Positions 1 through 12,479 of a stretch of 64,000 bases of DNA are shown here, piece after piece. Each line of letters opens with the position of its first letter. Position 1 is the stretch's first letter. The stretch comes from Phoronis australis (Eukaryota > Animalia > Phoronida). Both the position numbers and the translations under genes were made by a program. The notes below the pieces were generated by a model. It was not told the DNA's origin. It did not search any database and saw only the letters and a list, made by a program, of their open reading frames with translations. Location: assembly GCA_002633005.1 (NCBI GenBank), contig NMRA01000340.1, positions 62,001-126,000 of the forward strand. Direction: 5' to 3'.

Positions 1-122
1 AGATTATTAGTTTCTACATAAACATGAAGATGAAACGTCATGTATGTTCTGCCTTACTAAAGTAGTTTGTCTTGTGTTTTCTTTTATAATTTGCTAATAT
101 TTCTCTGACTTTTCTGTTACAG

Positions 123-204
123 GTGAGAGAAAGTGACTGAAACCACAAACCTGACCATCTGTTTTACCTTTGAACAAAGTGAAATGCAATCCTTCAGCAA
201 TAAA
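123..204 (+). other. Probable terminal exon / 3' end of a gene starting upstream of the window
   Basis: Branch-like GCTAAT, a pyrimidine tract and CAG acceptor ending at 122. Phase 0 reads VRESD* (TGA 138-140). AATAAA at 199-204. Confidence 0.3.
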
Positions 205-802
205 CAGAGATAGTTGAACCTAATTTAGAAATTCAGCCCTTGATATGCCTGATTATGAACTCCATTGCGTGGGAAAATTACAATTGTTTTTAACATAGTT
301 GTTTCTTTATATACTTTTCTTGCATGTGGTACTTTTGTTGTGGATAAGTTAACACAAATCTTAAAATTGTTCAAAGGCCTTCGTAAGAAAGCTCTAAAAA
401 TAATCACACACACACACAAACAAATCAAATGCAAACAATGGGAATACTTCATTTTGATCCCTGCACATTTCTAGAGGTCAACAGGAAAATGGCAATTTGC
501 AAGCGTAATCGCTAATCATTTCAGATTTATAAAGAATAAGCACAACTGCAGTGTGTGGGGCTTTAAAACTGAAGAAACATTGTGGTTTCAATAATTAGTG
601 ACAAATTTGCTTGTTGATGAAAAATTTATTCGATCATCAAAATGTAACATTAACGGACTTTCTACTGACAATAAGACAATCGATGCAGTCACTGAATGTT
701 TTTTCCCCATAATGTGTACCAAATTGAACTGTTTTTACCATTAGTATAAAGCCTTTCTTCTCGAAGGAAAAGTTAATTTCACTCAGTGAGAAAGGATAGG
801 TA

Positions 803-1270
803 TTAATACCAGATGCTTTTGGTTTTCATTTCACAGAGATCTAGTTTCAGTAGCCTATAGAAGCGCTTGTAAAAAAGGTCCAATTTCGGTACATGGCTTT
901 GCTCCAGGTAACCTCATTCAACCTCATATAGATCCTGGAAGGTAAGCACAACAGAATATCACTTGACTTGTTTTGTGCCCAAAATCTGATCCTGAACTAG
1001 ACCAGAGTGTCTGCCACTTCGTCTTCTTTAGCTTCAATCCAGCATGTTTCTTCCAGGAAAGGAAATTAGCTATTGTCCACACATGACTTATTGCCTATGA
1101 AAGGGCATCCTCACCAACGGGGCTGACTTGTGTAGCAGTCAGATATGGTTCCTGTTCATACACAAACAACACGATGTCGTATGGTAACTTCGTACTGCGA
1201 TTCACATTTCACCAGGGCCACTGACATGTACATTGTGCCATGCAGCACTAATGGTGTGTGGAAATGCTGT
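803..1270 (-). pseudogene. Possible degenerate multi-exon coding remnant
   Basis: Short segments bounded by splice-like signals, e.g. LPYDIVLFVYEQEPYLTATQVSPV|GTGAG and acceptor-IYMRLNEVTWSKSHVPKLDLFYKRFYRLL...* (934-803). I could not join the frames cleanly. Confidence 0.2.
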
Positions 1271-2825
1271 GGGAAGAGAAAGGAGTAACAAAGCTTGTTC
1301 GTTGTCTCCGTTGAAGAAAGTAGGCTTTAACAACAGATCTTCACTGGATGGGAAGATCTTGCTGGTTAACTGCAGCCAACTGCTTAAAACCAATTTTTGT
1401 CCATTCAGGGTCGATGCAGAAGCGTTGCATAACTCCTCTGCACGGTACAAGCCCTCAAACCTAAACCAAAGGTCACGTGAAAACAGACATGATAGATTTT
1501 CATTTCAACTTGTAATAAATTTCCGGAAGACATAGGATAGGGAGTAAACAAATAGTCTAATGGATATTTACGAACCCTTTGCCATGGCATTGGACTTGGA
1601 TCTCACTAACCAATATCGAGTTCAACATTCAGCATTCATTGATGTAACTGCCACTGATAAACCTGCTAGAAATCATTCCAAACAATAATACTGCTTTGGT
1701 GTACGAAAATATCCCGAGTGCTACGTCAAGTATCGTAACACGCATCACAACAAACAAAGATTAACCCGACTGGCGACTACCGCGAAGTCGACATCGGCGA
1801 GTATCTCAGTTAACAGGCATCGGTAGAATAAACATAGAATAATCGTTAAAATAATCACAAACCTTATCTTTGTATAAGGTCGTGCTTACTTTCTCTCATA
1901 GAAGCACCCTTTTCACGCCATCTCAGATTCAGTTGGCACGCCTACAAGCCATTTCACCAAGTATTTAAAGGGCTCGCGAAATAGAGGCTGTTAATCAATC
2001 ACCACTAGTACACGCGCGCCCTCTAGTTAATGTAAATTCTCCGAATAGCCCCATTCGCAAGAAACACGCTGCATGTAAATCTCATAGATAAGGAATGCGA
2101 CTTGTAGCCTGTGAATAAACAAGTGGAGCTTAATGTTACTGTTTACTTAACAGAAACTATTCAGCAAGTTTTATAATGCTTGGACAGTCCACTGATTTAG
2201 AATGATCCCAAGGTCAATTGAAAACATTACACGTGGCGGCCATATTCGCAGTCTTGAAGAATATCGTGTAAAATGCACCGAATATTCGCAGTGGTTGAGC
2301 AAATGAAACACATCCAAATTACAAGGCATTGCTAATTGCAATTAAACTACTATCTTTGTTGAAAAAATTTTGTTTTGGGCAATGGAGTGCCAAGGCAAAC
2401 ATGCGACTAAAACCGCCATCTTGTTAGAGATGGTTTACAGCTGCCTAATCTTGGATTTGATCTTGAGGAAAAACTATGAGTAGACTTGAAGTCATTCAGA
2501 AGTTTCAGGTTTTTTGTGTCAGTAAACAGGCCCGCATATTACGCCGCAAATAATTATTTTACGCCGTAAATAACTACTTTACCCCTCTAAAAAGAATTAT
2601 CTTACGCACGTTATTCAACGGCGTAACGTTGGCCCATTTGGCCACCGATACACATGACGTAACAAGGGAGTATATATGTAGAAGTAAATGCCTTACAACT
2701 AGCTTCTGTAAGCTACAAAGCAGCGAAAGAGCTCTCAAAAAGTAATGTGGTTTGAATGCCTTAAAATCCACCAAGAAACAAACCAACAGAAAATATTTTT
2801 TATCTGCTATTTTGGCATACTAGCT

Positions 2826-3687
2826 CAGTGGCGGATCTAGGATATCACAAGGGGGGCCCAAAATTTTGTCCGGCTGTAAGCATTTGCGCCAACCACGATT
2901 GTTGATGCGTATAGCACCGAATGGGGGGAGGTCGGGAGGGGGAAATTTTTCTGTTTTTTCCTCTAAAAATCAAACATTTTCCTTGATTCCTAAAGTATTA
3001 TCCAAGAAAAATAAAGCAAAAAAAAACAAAAANNNNNNNNNNNNNNNNNNNNNNNNNNNNNNNNNNNNNNNNNNNNNNNNNNNNNNNNNNNNNNNNNNNN
3101 NNNNNNNNNNNNNNNNNNNNNNNNNNNNNNNNNNNNNNNNNNNNNNNNNNNNNNNNNNNNNNNNNNNNNNNNNNNNNNNNNNNNNNNNNNNNNNNNNNNN
3201 NNNNNNNNNNNNNNNNNNNNNNNNNNNNNNNNNNNNNNNNNNNNNNNNNNNNNNNNNNNNNNNNNNNNNNNNNNNNNNNNNNNNNNNNNNNNNNNNNNNN
3301 NNNNNNNNNNNNNNNNNNNNNNNNNNNNNNNNNNNNNNNNNNNNNNNNNNNNNNNNNNNNNNNNNNNNNNNNNNNNACGACGCAAACGGGGTCGTAGTGC
3401 GCAGCGCCACTGCCGGTCGCCTGGGATATCGCGGGAGAGCCTATAGGGGGGCTACTTAGCCATAGTTCCGTTACGAATGCGCCGTGTTCCGAATTTGACT
3501 CTTGAAATTGGATCTGAGCCCCCCCCCAAACACACTAAAACTGCACACATTTAAATCTTGTTTCATCCGTATAATTTTAATTACCTGGGTTAATTAATAA
3601 AATTCCCTACGCTCTTGCTGTTTTATTTTTTGCGGCAGCCAAGGGGGGGGGGGCGGGCCCCCTGGGCCCCCCCTAAATCCGCCTATG
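2826..3687 (+). mobile_element. Non-autonomous DNA transposon (hAT-like, 5-bp TSD), MITE family 1; spans a gap
   Basis: Termini CAGTGGCGGATCTAG...CTAAATCCGCCTATG with exact TSD TAGCT (2821-2825 / 3688-3692). Related copies at 14017, 29014 and ~41109. Confidence 0.8.
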
Positions 3688-4059
3688 TAGCTAGCACAGT
3701 GTGGTAAGGTGCAGGCATTTTCAATTTTCGAATTGAATGTGATCGTTAAATGATTGTTGTTTATCCAGTGTGCGTTTCCATTCTTTTAAATCCAATACAC
3801 GCCGACGGTAAGTTCACTATAGGCAGTTCTCCGTCGTTGCCTAAGCAAAAACCGGACATTTTATAACTATTGTGAGTTCTTGCTCTGAGAAAACCCCTAC
3901 GAGCATGTTTGCAATATCCGGGAAAAGTAGCCTAAGTCTAGACCTAATAAAAACTTCGTTCAGTGAAGAAAGTGTTCTCTTTTCAATCAGTGTCAGTGAT
4001 ACACAGCTTGGCAGACTTCATACGAGCAACAGAGGCTCAAACGAGTCCCCCAATTTGAC

Positions 4060-4269
4060 AAATTTGACAAAAATGTCCGCCTCAGTGAAACAAAAAGTCC
4101 AAGTAAACGAGAAAAAAGTCCACAAAATCCACTGGAAGGCGCGGATGCACGGATCTTGGACCTGAGACGAGTGGCCCTGTTTTTTAGTCCTCGTTGGTTT
4201 CTTTCAGTAAAAGGTTCACATGCCGAAAAATTCGAGCCCCCCTATATTTTAGGCTTGGTGCGCGCATTA
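4060..4269 (-). mobile_element. Partial MITE, family 2 (CATGCGCGCACCCAGCCTAAA terminus)
   Basis: Reverse-complement match to the copies at 16675, 59053 and 61868. Confidence 0.7.
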
Positions 4270-5874
4270 ACTAAGATGCGTGAGGGACCTTACTGAAAGC
4301 TTTACAGTGTCGACCTTTGCAAATTATCAATAAGGTCCATCGTTCTAAAAATTCGAACCACCCCTAGCGCAATGCTGTCCACGGGCCTGGAATATTTTAT
4401 ATCTCTAAGCTGAGAAGTGTGACTAGTCCCGTGTTAATAAACCAAATTCTTTACAAATGGAGCGAATAGAGTAACGTAGTAATACGCTCTTTGGTCGCTC
4501 TTGAGTAGGCCACCACCATCAATATACAGGTCCCGCCTGAAGGTGATCAAATAGAGGTATCCCCTATATCAATATAGGATCCCTTCATCCGAACGCGGTT
4601 TTACCGACTATAATGCAGTCATACATGTAAGCCTACTAGCCAATGTCCCCAACCTAGCTAAAATCGCCGTTCGTGATCCACTTACTTACATAAAAGAAAA
4701 AAAATCACCTGCTTCAAGCCTTGGAGAGAAAACATCAAAGTACGCTTCGCTACACACAGAGTCAAGTACATCTGATTGATGCGGGTCGTTTGCTTCATGT
4801 TTTTCTATATAAATCAGAGCACCATTCATCTTTCGACAGTCAAACCAAGACACTAACTCGATACGTTTCGACAAGTTGGTAAGTTTGGTATTTTAGTGGC
4901 GTATTCTACATTTTACAGTTGTAATTCGCTCTTTTAGAGCTATTACTATTACCAGCTTAACTTTACTGTTATTGTTAATCTCGCTAGGACGGAAAAACAA
5001 CACACCGCTGTGAGGCAAAATATTGACTGCAAACACTAGCGACCAAGGTGTGGGGAGTGAACTTCTTTAGGCGCAGGCTTTTATGCTCGGTTTGAGAATG
5101 ATAATGAAAGCAAGTGCATGTATCTTAGGATAAATGTGTAAACGTTATGCGCATAATTTTTGTTAACAGTCGACAAGCATGTATTCTTAAAGCCGTTAAT
5201 TAATTATTTTCTGAGAAAATGATTTATTTGGAGAGAAAATTAATATTAACGGCAGCAATTCACTATTTAGGGTGTAAATTAATTTACGCGTGTTAATCAT
5301 TCTGCGCCCCTACGAGTTAATTGCGCTGCAAATAATTAGTTAAAGCCGTAAGTACTTAACTCACAGCGTAATTAACGTTGTTCATTTAACCAACGATGGG
5401 CTGATGTTGACTTAGGTAGTGAATGCCATGGAAACGAGTTTCATAACTCGTACATGTACCTTCCAGCACATTGGATCATCAAATAGTCGACGTGATTATA
5501 ATAGACTCCGCGGTAATTTGCATCAGAAAGCGTCTAACAATGCACTTTACGCAAAAACAGCACGGCCTCTATGGAACGCGCCGAAGCACGTGCGTGTTTC
5601 CAGAATTACATAACAACAATATCTGTACGAAGCGAACAAGAAACAATGGATACAATTTTTTTTAATAAACAGGAACAAAACTGAAGCAGGATTTAGCAGA
5701 ACGTCCTGCTTACATGTAAATGGCTCATGATGCATTTGATTGTCTCGTCGGGTTGATTTCAGCCGCCGAAGCAATTTGGGACGCCAGAGGAATTTTGGGC
5801 GTGTTAGTGCAATTCCAATTCAGGCACAGCAAAAGAACCCGCAAAATTGCAATACGCACTTGAAGAAAGTTGTC

Positions 5875-6558
5875 TTTGTATTCGGTGTCGTCCAACTGGC
5901 TATTGTTCAATCAAGAGGTAGATCGCATAAGACAAACACTGGTGAATAATGGGTATACTAATGGTTTTGTGGATTTCCATATTAAGCGATTTGTGTCCAA
6001 AGTTAGCTATGAAGTCCCTTCACGTCGGACTGGTGTCACCAAAAAGATATTTTACAAAAATGTCATGTCTAATAATTACCTCCAGGACGAACACGCCATT
6101 AAGAAAATTATGAGGGACAATGTTAAATTTTGTAAGCCTGATGATTACATCGATGTTATTATTTATTATAGGAATAAGAAGCCATGAAAAATACATGTAA
6201 CATTTCTAAAGCGAAAGTCCGCCCCGTTGCACCGTGTAGTGTTGTTTATGAGTTTGTATGCCCTATGAACGAATGTCTTCGTTCAAACGTCAAACAATGT
6301 TACATTGGTCAAACGGTATACAGTCTTTCCCGTCGGTTATCCATGCATCTTCAAAATGGAGCCATTCAAGATCATTTTCTGCAATGCCACGCACGTAAAA
6401 TCACCCGTCAAGAAACTGTGGAAAACACGTCAATTCGCTACGTGGAGCAAGATGTGCTGCGTTTGAAAGTATTAGAGTCCCATTTAATTGCTTTTGAGAA
6501 GCCTGTTTTGAATGAGCAGCAAACAGGGTCGCGCTGCACGTTACACTTGTATGCGTGA
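5875..6558 (+). mobile_element. 5'-truncated Penelope-like retroelement: RT C-terminal region plus GIY-YIG endonuclease (frameshifted near 6185)
   Basis: NWLLFNQEVDRIRQTLVNNGY (PLE post-RT motif), then VVYEFVCP...CYIGQT...LSRRLSMH...LKVLES...KPVLNEQ (GIY-YIG). Confidence 0.88.
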
Positions 6559-6890
6559 CTTTCCTGTTACCCCCCTTCATTAGTCATTCTTTGCAGTATT
6601 TCACACCTGCCGTGTCTCACTGTGTGTGTCGTCAGCTTATACTCTGTGGTGGCATTACTGCGTCATTTTATCTTCACTTGAGAATGAAACAAGTATGTTT
6701 CGAAGTATCGTGTGTCTTTTATTTATGTCGTTAGGTCAGTCACTGATTCTATGTTCAGTTGAGAGTAGAGTTTTGTTCCAAAAGTACGAACGTAACGGAA
6801 TAAAGACTGTGAACAATGAAAAGTGTCGTGCATTTAACAAATTCTGTATAACCGAAAACTTGCTCCCGAAGTGCAGCCAATGTGATTTCT
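6559..6890 (+). repeat. Probable PLE pseudo-LTR: degenerate hammerhead-like core and restart of the element's N-terminal ORF
   Basis: CTTGAGAAT-GAAAC-AAGTAT-GTTTC-GAA at 6677-6704. ATG 6725 gives MSLGQSL...RAFNKFCITENLLPK, which resembles PLE ORF N-termini (FN..C..E.LLPK). This call is from recall, not a search. Confidence 0.5.
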
Positions 6891-6912
6891 GATTATAAAT
6901 TTGTTATACATG

Positions 6913-7807
6913 TGTCAGACGATTGACTGTGGGTTGTTTAAAAGGTAGCTATGCTTTGAGATTGGGCGTAGATGGAGAGTGAATATTCAAATCCAGTAAG
7001 TAATTTATTATATGATAACCCCTAATTAGACAAATGAAACCTATTGTTAATTAAGTAATCAACTGCAAAGAGTAACTACGCTAGCGCCCTCTTTAAAGAT
7101 TACTTTACTCAAACAACCACAACAATCAAATGTCTTATCTGCTATCCAAGCTAGGACTCTCCACTTGTTGGATGTCTGTCCTGTTGGTGAATCTTCGAAC
7201 TACACACACTGCATAGCGACAGTGTACTTGCTGGTCACCGTCTCTGGTGATGCATCACTTGCAGGCAATTTCTTCTACCTGCGACTCTTCTTGCTGGTCA
7301 CAGTCTCTGGCTGATGATGCAACACTTCAGGTATTATCTTACTACCCAAAATGCAAGTGACAAGCTCTTAGTTAACTCCCTGTTAGTTAACCCTTGCCCT
7401 TGCCAAGATACCTTCTAGAATCTTCCACGGGATGGCTCTGTCGTACAATTGCTTCTATACACTGTAGCAAGTCTTTATGCTTCAACTACTATAGCTCATC
7501 TAATTGTCTTGTCGGTTTCAGCCCATAACATAACATTCTACTTATTTAGTGATTGGCTAATAAAAAACACATGATCATATCCACTCATATTATTGGCTGT
7601 TACAATTTGTTCTCAGAATATTCTAGAATCTCTAGAGTACTTTGACCCCAGATACCAAAGTTGTAAACACCATCAAAAATAGATTTTGACGTTAAAATAC
7701 TTGTCAACAAGTCTGACCCTGTGATTTAAAAGTACATATTCACAAATTTTGTGCAACTTAAATTGGATCTATTCTTACTTATTACTTGATCAATTTTTAT
7801 TCTGACA
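6913..7807 (-). repeat. 3' LTR
   Basis: TG...CA ends with TGTCAGA terminal inverted repeat; highly similar to 12480-13377. Confidence 0.95.
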
Positions 7808-7826
7808 AATAAGCCCCTCCTCAAGA
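7808..7826 (-). other. Polypurine tract
   Basis: Minus strand GAGGAGGGG lies a few nt before the 3' LTR. Confidence 0.7.
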
Positions 7827-7921
7827 AAGTACTTCTTAAGATTTTCTCAACATGGAAGACTTAAATATTGATTAACACTTAGATCTATTACCCAATTTCC
7901 ATGAATCTTCAATACTCTAAC

Positions 7922-9120
7922 CTACTCAGGTAATCGGTACCAACATTTTTCTGAACCTTTGATAGCTTCAACCTTAAATCGATAATTTTGCAAAAACAAG
8001 GCCCACCTCATGATGCGTCCATTGACTAGCTTACTTTTTTGAATGTAAGCCAGGTGTTGATGGTCAGTATGAATGATAAATTCTTTACCATATAAGTACT
8101 TCGCAAATTTTCTGATGGCAAATACCATAGCCAAACATTCCCTCTCTATGATTGAGTAATTCCGTTCCCGAGGTAACAATTTCTTACAAGCACATGCTAC
8201 TGGGAACCTGCCATCATCATACTCCTGCAACAAAATACAGCCTATTCCAATAACAGATTTACTGAAATCAGGTAATCTCAGTATGGGTGCTCTCGTCAGC
8301 AGGTCTCGAAGAGTGTCGAATGCATGCTGCTGAGCTTCTTCTTCCCATTACACGTTGTTAGGCTGTTTCTTCTTTGTGAGCTCAGTAAGTGGGACGGCGA
8401 TTTCAGAAAAGTTTGGGATGAACTTCCTGTATTAGCCAGCCAACCCAAGAAAAGAACGAATTTGTTTCTTCGTTCTGGGTCGTGGTGCATCTCGGATGCG
8501 TCTCAGACTTTCTTCATCCATTGCCAGGTGCCCTTCACCGACCACATGTCCAACGAAATCGACGGAACGAGATCCAACCGAACACTTGGTGGGTCGAATC
8601 GTTAGTCCAGCTTCTCGCACACGTTGGAAGATGTCTCGCAAGGTGGCAAGGTGTTCAGTCCAGGTCTTATTATGGCACAGAATGTCATCCACATAATGTT
8701 CTGTATTATGTGCTCATGCCAACATCTTCCTCATGCGGTTGAAGGTCGCTGCCGAATTTATCAGACAAAATGGCATCTTTACGAACTTGTAGCAGCCACT
8801 TGGTACTACAAACGAGGTCTTGGTCCGCGATTCTTCGGCGACAATGACTTACCTGTATTCTTTACTTAGATCAATCTTCATAAAATACTGGTCTTTACTG
8901 ATCTTAGCCATGATGTCATCAGGATTGCCCATCGGTTCCAAGTCGAACTTGGTGATGGAGTTCAAACGACGAAAATCGATGCAGAATCGATTTGAACCGT
9001 CCTTCTTCTTCACTAATACCACCGGAGAGTTATAGGGAGCATCAGATGGTTCTATGACTCCACACTTTAACATGTTGTCAATTTCCTCCTGCACAACCGA
9101 CCGTGTGGCATATGGCAGGG
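7922..9120 (-). pseudogene. pol: Reverse transcriptase / RNase H of the Gypsy element, disrupted
   Basis: YNSPVVLVKKKDGSNRFCIDFRRLN, KMPFCL, YVDDIL, SFLGLAG, NYSIIERECLA, HTDHQHL, MRWALFLQ. In-frame stops at EYR*, MLA* and LAG*, and further disruption before RNase H. Confidence 0.92.
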
Positions 9121-10048
9121 NNNNNNNNNNNNNNNNNNNNNNNNNNNNNNNNNNNNNNNNNNNNNNNNNNNNNNNNNNNNNNNNNNNNNNNNNNNNNNNN
9201 NNNNNNNNNNNNNNNNNNNNNNNNNNNNNNNNNNNNNNNNNNNNNNNNNNNNNNNNNNNNNNNNNNNNNNNNNNNNNNNNNNNNNNNNNNNNNNNNNNNN
9301 NNNNNNNNNNNNNNNNNNNNNNNNNNNNNNNNNNNNNNNNNNNNNNNNNNNNNNNNNNNNNNNNNNNNNNNNNNNNNNNNNNNNNNNNNNNNNNNNNNNN
9401 NNNNNNNNNNNNNNNNNNNNNNNNNNNNNNNNNNNNNNNNNNNNNNNNNNNNNNNNNNNNNNNNNNNNNNNNNNNNNNNNNNNNNNNNNNNNNNNNNNNN
9501 NNNNNNNNNNNNNNNNNNNNNNNNNNNNNNNNNNNNNNNNNNNNNNNNNNNNNNNNNNNNNNNNNNNNNNNNNNNNNNNNNNNNNNNNNNNNNNNNNNNN
9601 NNNNNNNNNNNNNNNNNNNNNNNNNNNNNNNNNNNNNNNNNNNNNNNNNNNNNNNNNNNNNNNNNNNNNNNNNNNNNNNNNNNNNNNNNNNNNNNNNNNN
9701 NNNNNNNNNNNNNNNNNNNNNNNNNNNNNNNNNNNNNNNNNNNNNNNNNNNNNNNNNNNNNNNNNNNNNNNNNNNNNNNNNNNNNNNNNNNNNNNNNNNN
9801 NNNNNNNNNNNNNNNNNNNNNNNNNNNNNNNNNNNNNNNNNNNNNNNNNNNNNNNNNNNNNNNNNNNNNNNNNNNNNNNNNNNNNNNNNNNNNNNNNNNN
9901 NNNNNNNNNNNNNNNNNNNNNNNNNNNNNNNNNNNNNNNNNNNNNNNNNNNNNNNNNNNNNNNNNNNNNNNNNNNNNNNNNNNNNNNNNNNNNNNNNNNN
10001 NNNNNNNNNNNNNNNNNNNNNNNNNNNNNNNNNNNNNNNNNNNNNNNN

Positions 10049-12350
10049 CTCGTGGAAAGCCAATTCTACAGAAGGTTTCAAATAGTGCTTCTGCGACTCG
10101 CTCAGCTTCTATTCTTGGTAGAGGGGCTGCCTCTGGATATCGTGTGGCATAGTCTACGATGGTGAGAATGTACCGGTTGCCTCTGTCTGTGATCGGCGAC
10201 ACAGGACCAATCAAATCAACAGCGATACGCTGGAACGGTTCTTCCATAAGTGGCATCTCGCCCAATGGCACTTTAGAGATCATGCCCTTAGGAGTTGTTC
10301 GCTGGCAGATATCACACGATCTGCAGAAACGATTTATGTCACTGCCAACTCCTGGCCAATAAAAGCTACTGGCTATTCTAGCACTGGTCTTCTTCACACC
10401 AAGGTGCCCACCTACGATTGACTCGTGAGCTAGCGACATAACCTGTTGTCGATATTTGACGGGGACAACTACCTGACGCAATTCTTTGGTGTTATCAGCA
10501 TACACTCGGTACAGGACCCCCTTCTGCTTCTCATACCAGTATTGACCTCTACCACGTGTTCTTGCTGGTTTGTCTTTCTCAACAAGTTCCATGAGCTTAC
10601 GTAGGGAAGTATCATGTTGTTGCTCGTCCTTCAATTTGCTGACGTCGACACTTTCCACTCCGGATAGAGTCACCGCCAAAGGCTTAATAAGTTTCTCTCT
10701 CTTCTTAGCCTGTGCTCTAGTAGTGACTGCGGGCATGACACTGCCTTGTGGCAGCCAATTGGGATCAGGATCCTTGCTGACGCCAACAGCATTCCCTATG
10801 ATGAGGTCGTATATTGGTGTTCGCATACACATCGCCTCGATTTCTCCAACGAAGTAAGGAGTGTCTACCTCAATCTTCGCTATGGGGAAGGATCGTGCTG
10901 TCCCATCTATTAACACACAGATGTGTTGTTTCCCCGTCAGTTGACTTTCTTTGACTAGGGATGTCTTCACCGCTGCACTACTGCATCCGGTGTCACGCAT
11001 CATGCGTACTTTTGTTTCATTGACGTAACCGTCACAAACGGGCATGTTGTTGTCAGCAGGAGGCTCTCTGTGCTTGTCACAGGTCCCTGTCTCCACTGGT
11101 ATTGATGTCCCATCGACTAATTGCAGACAGCCATCAACTATGTGCTGCTCTATCGGACTACCCTTTGCTACCACAGCTTGACACATTACCGACTTCTTGA
11201 TGTCTTCTGTCTTGGCCCGTTCCTGCTGCGAGGCAGACAACTGCTTACCTGCAGCGAATCTTTTGGACTGGAAGTCTTTCATTCCACAGTCCCTTGCTAG
11301 ATGACCTTTCCGATGACAATTGAAACACTCTTTGTCACCCTTGTATCTGGTCATTGACGAACGAGGAGTTTCTGTCCTTCGTTCTTCTGTGTTGCTTGGC
11401 GGTGCCTGTCTTCTGGCTACCTGTCCCAAGTCTTTCTTTGCGAACCCTTTGCCCAACAAACCAGTACAGTGGGCGTCCATGTACTGTTGAGCAATGGCCG
11501 ACATCTCGTCGAAGGTCTTCGGTTTCCGTTCCCTCAGGAATACGGACATCTCAGGATGGCATACTCCCAGAAACTGTTCTCGGATCAGTAAGTCTCTGAG
11601 TCCATCATAAGTCGCCTCGACCTCCGCCAGTTGTGTCCATCGGTCAAAGAACCTTTTCAGTCTTGCCCCGAATTGGAACACGTTTTCACCCTTTTCAGGC
11701 TTGGACTCTCTAAACTTTCGTCGGAACCCATCTTCGGTTAATTCATACCTGTGCAGCAGCGCCACCTTTAGTTGGTCATAGTTGTTAATTTGGTCAGACG
11801 GCATGTTGTTGAACACCTGTAGGCCTTTACCTGTCAACAATGGACTCAAGTCCACAGCCCACTCAGATTTATCCCATTTCTGGCTTGTAGCGAATGTCTC
11901 AAACCTGGCTAGGAAGGCATCCATGTCGTCGACGCGCTCGTCGAACCTTGGCAGTTTGGGACGACTGGTACGTACACCACTGCTTGAAGCCCCACCACTA
12001 GGTGTCGCTTTGAGCTCAATTTGGAGTTGCAGTGTCTTCTGCTTCTCAATCTCAATAGCTTGGGCCCGCTCGGCTCGTTCTTGTTCGAGCTTATGTTCAT
12101 ACTCGGCTTGCTCTAGCTCTCGTTGATGAGCACGCTCTGCTTGTTCCCGTGCAAGCTCTGCCTTTTCCAGTTCTTGTTTATGGGCACGCTCTGCTTGTTC
12201 TTGTGCAAGCTTTGCCTGTTCCAGTTCTTGTTTATGGGCACGCTCTTCACGCTCCAAGGCCTGCCGCAAGAGCTCCTCTGCGCACTTCCTTAACTCTTCA
12301 CCGGTATAACCGAATTGTTTCGCTTGCGTAATATACTTTTCAAAATCCAT
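10049..12350 (-). CDS. gag-pol: Gag (coiled-coil repeats, SCAN-like capsid C-terminal region, CCHC knuckle) - protease - integrase; runs into gap
   Basis: Uninterrupted ORF: FRRKFR...W...LLIREQFL...FLRERKPKT (SCAN-like), CFNCHRKGHLARDC, RDTGCS, H...GHLG...CRSCDICQ, IAVDLIGP, IVDYATRYPEA. Confidence 0.92.
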
Positions 12351-12459
12351 TTTAGAGGAAGGGTTTTATTCCCAGAATGCACTTTATTAATTAATATTCA
12401 AACGGTAATTACTGAATTCAAAACAATTCAACACAACCACGTAAACCTTTATTTAAACT

Positions 12460-12477
12460 CTCCCGGACTGGCCCCCA
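12460..12477 (-). other. Primer-binding site, tRNA-Pro-like
   Basis: TGGGGGCCAGTCCGGGA starts 2 nt after the 5' LTR, with 2 mismatches to the tRNA-Pro PBS TGGGGGCTCGTCCGGGA. Confidence 0.8.
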
Positions 12478-12479
12478 AA

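Noticed and set aside
2866-3459. Long ORFs across 2866-3459, the + strand ORFs over 9054-10152, and the tail of ORF 22182-22811
   Set aside because: Their length comes from N runs in assembly gaps or from read-through into an intron.
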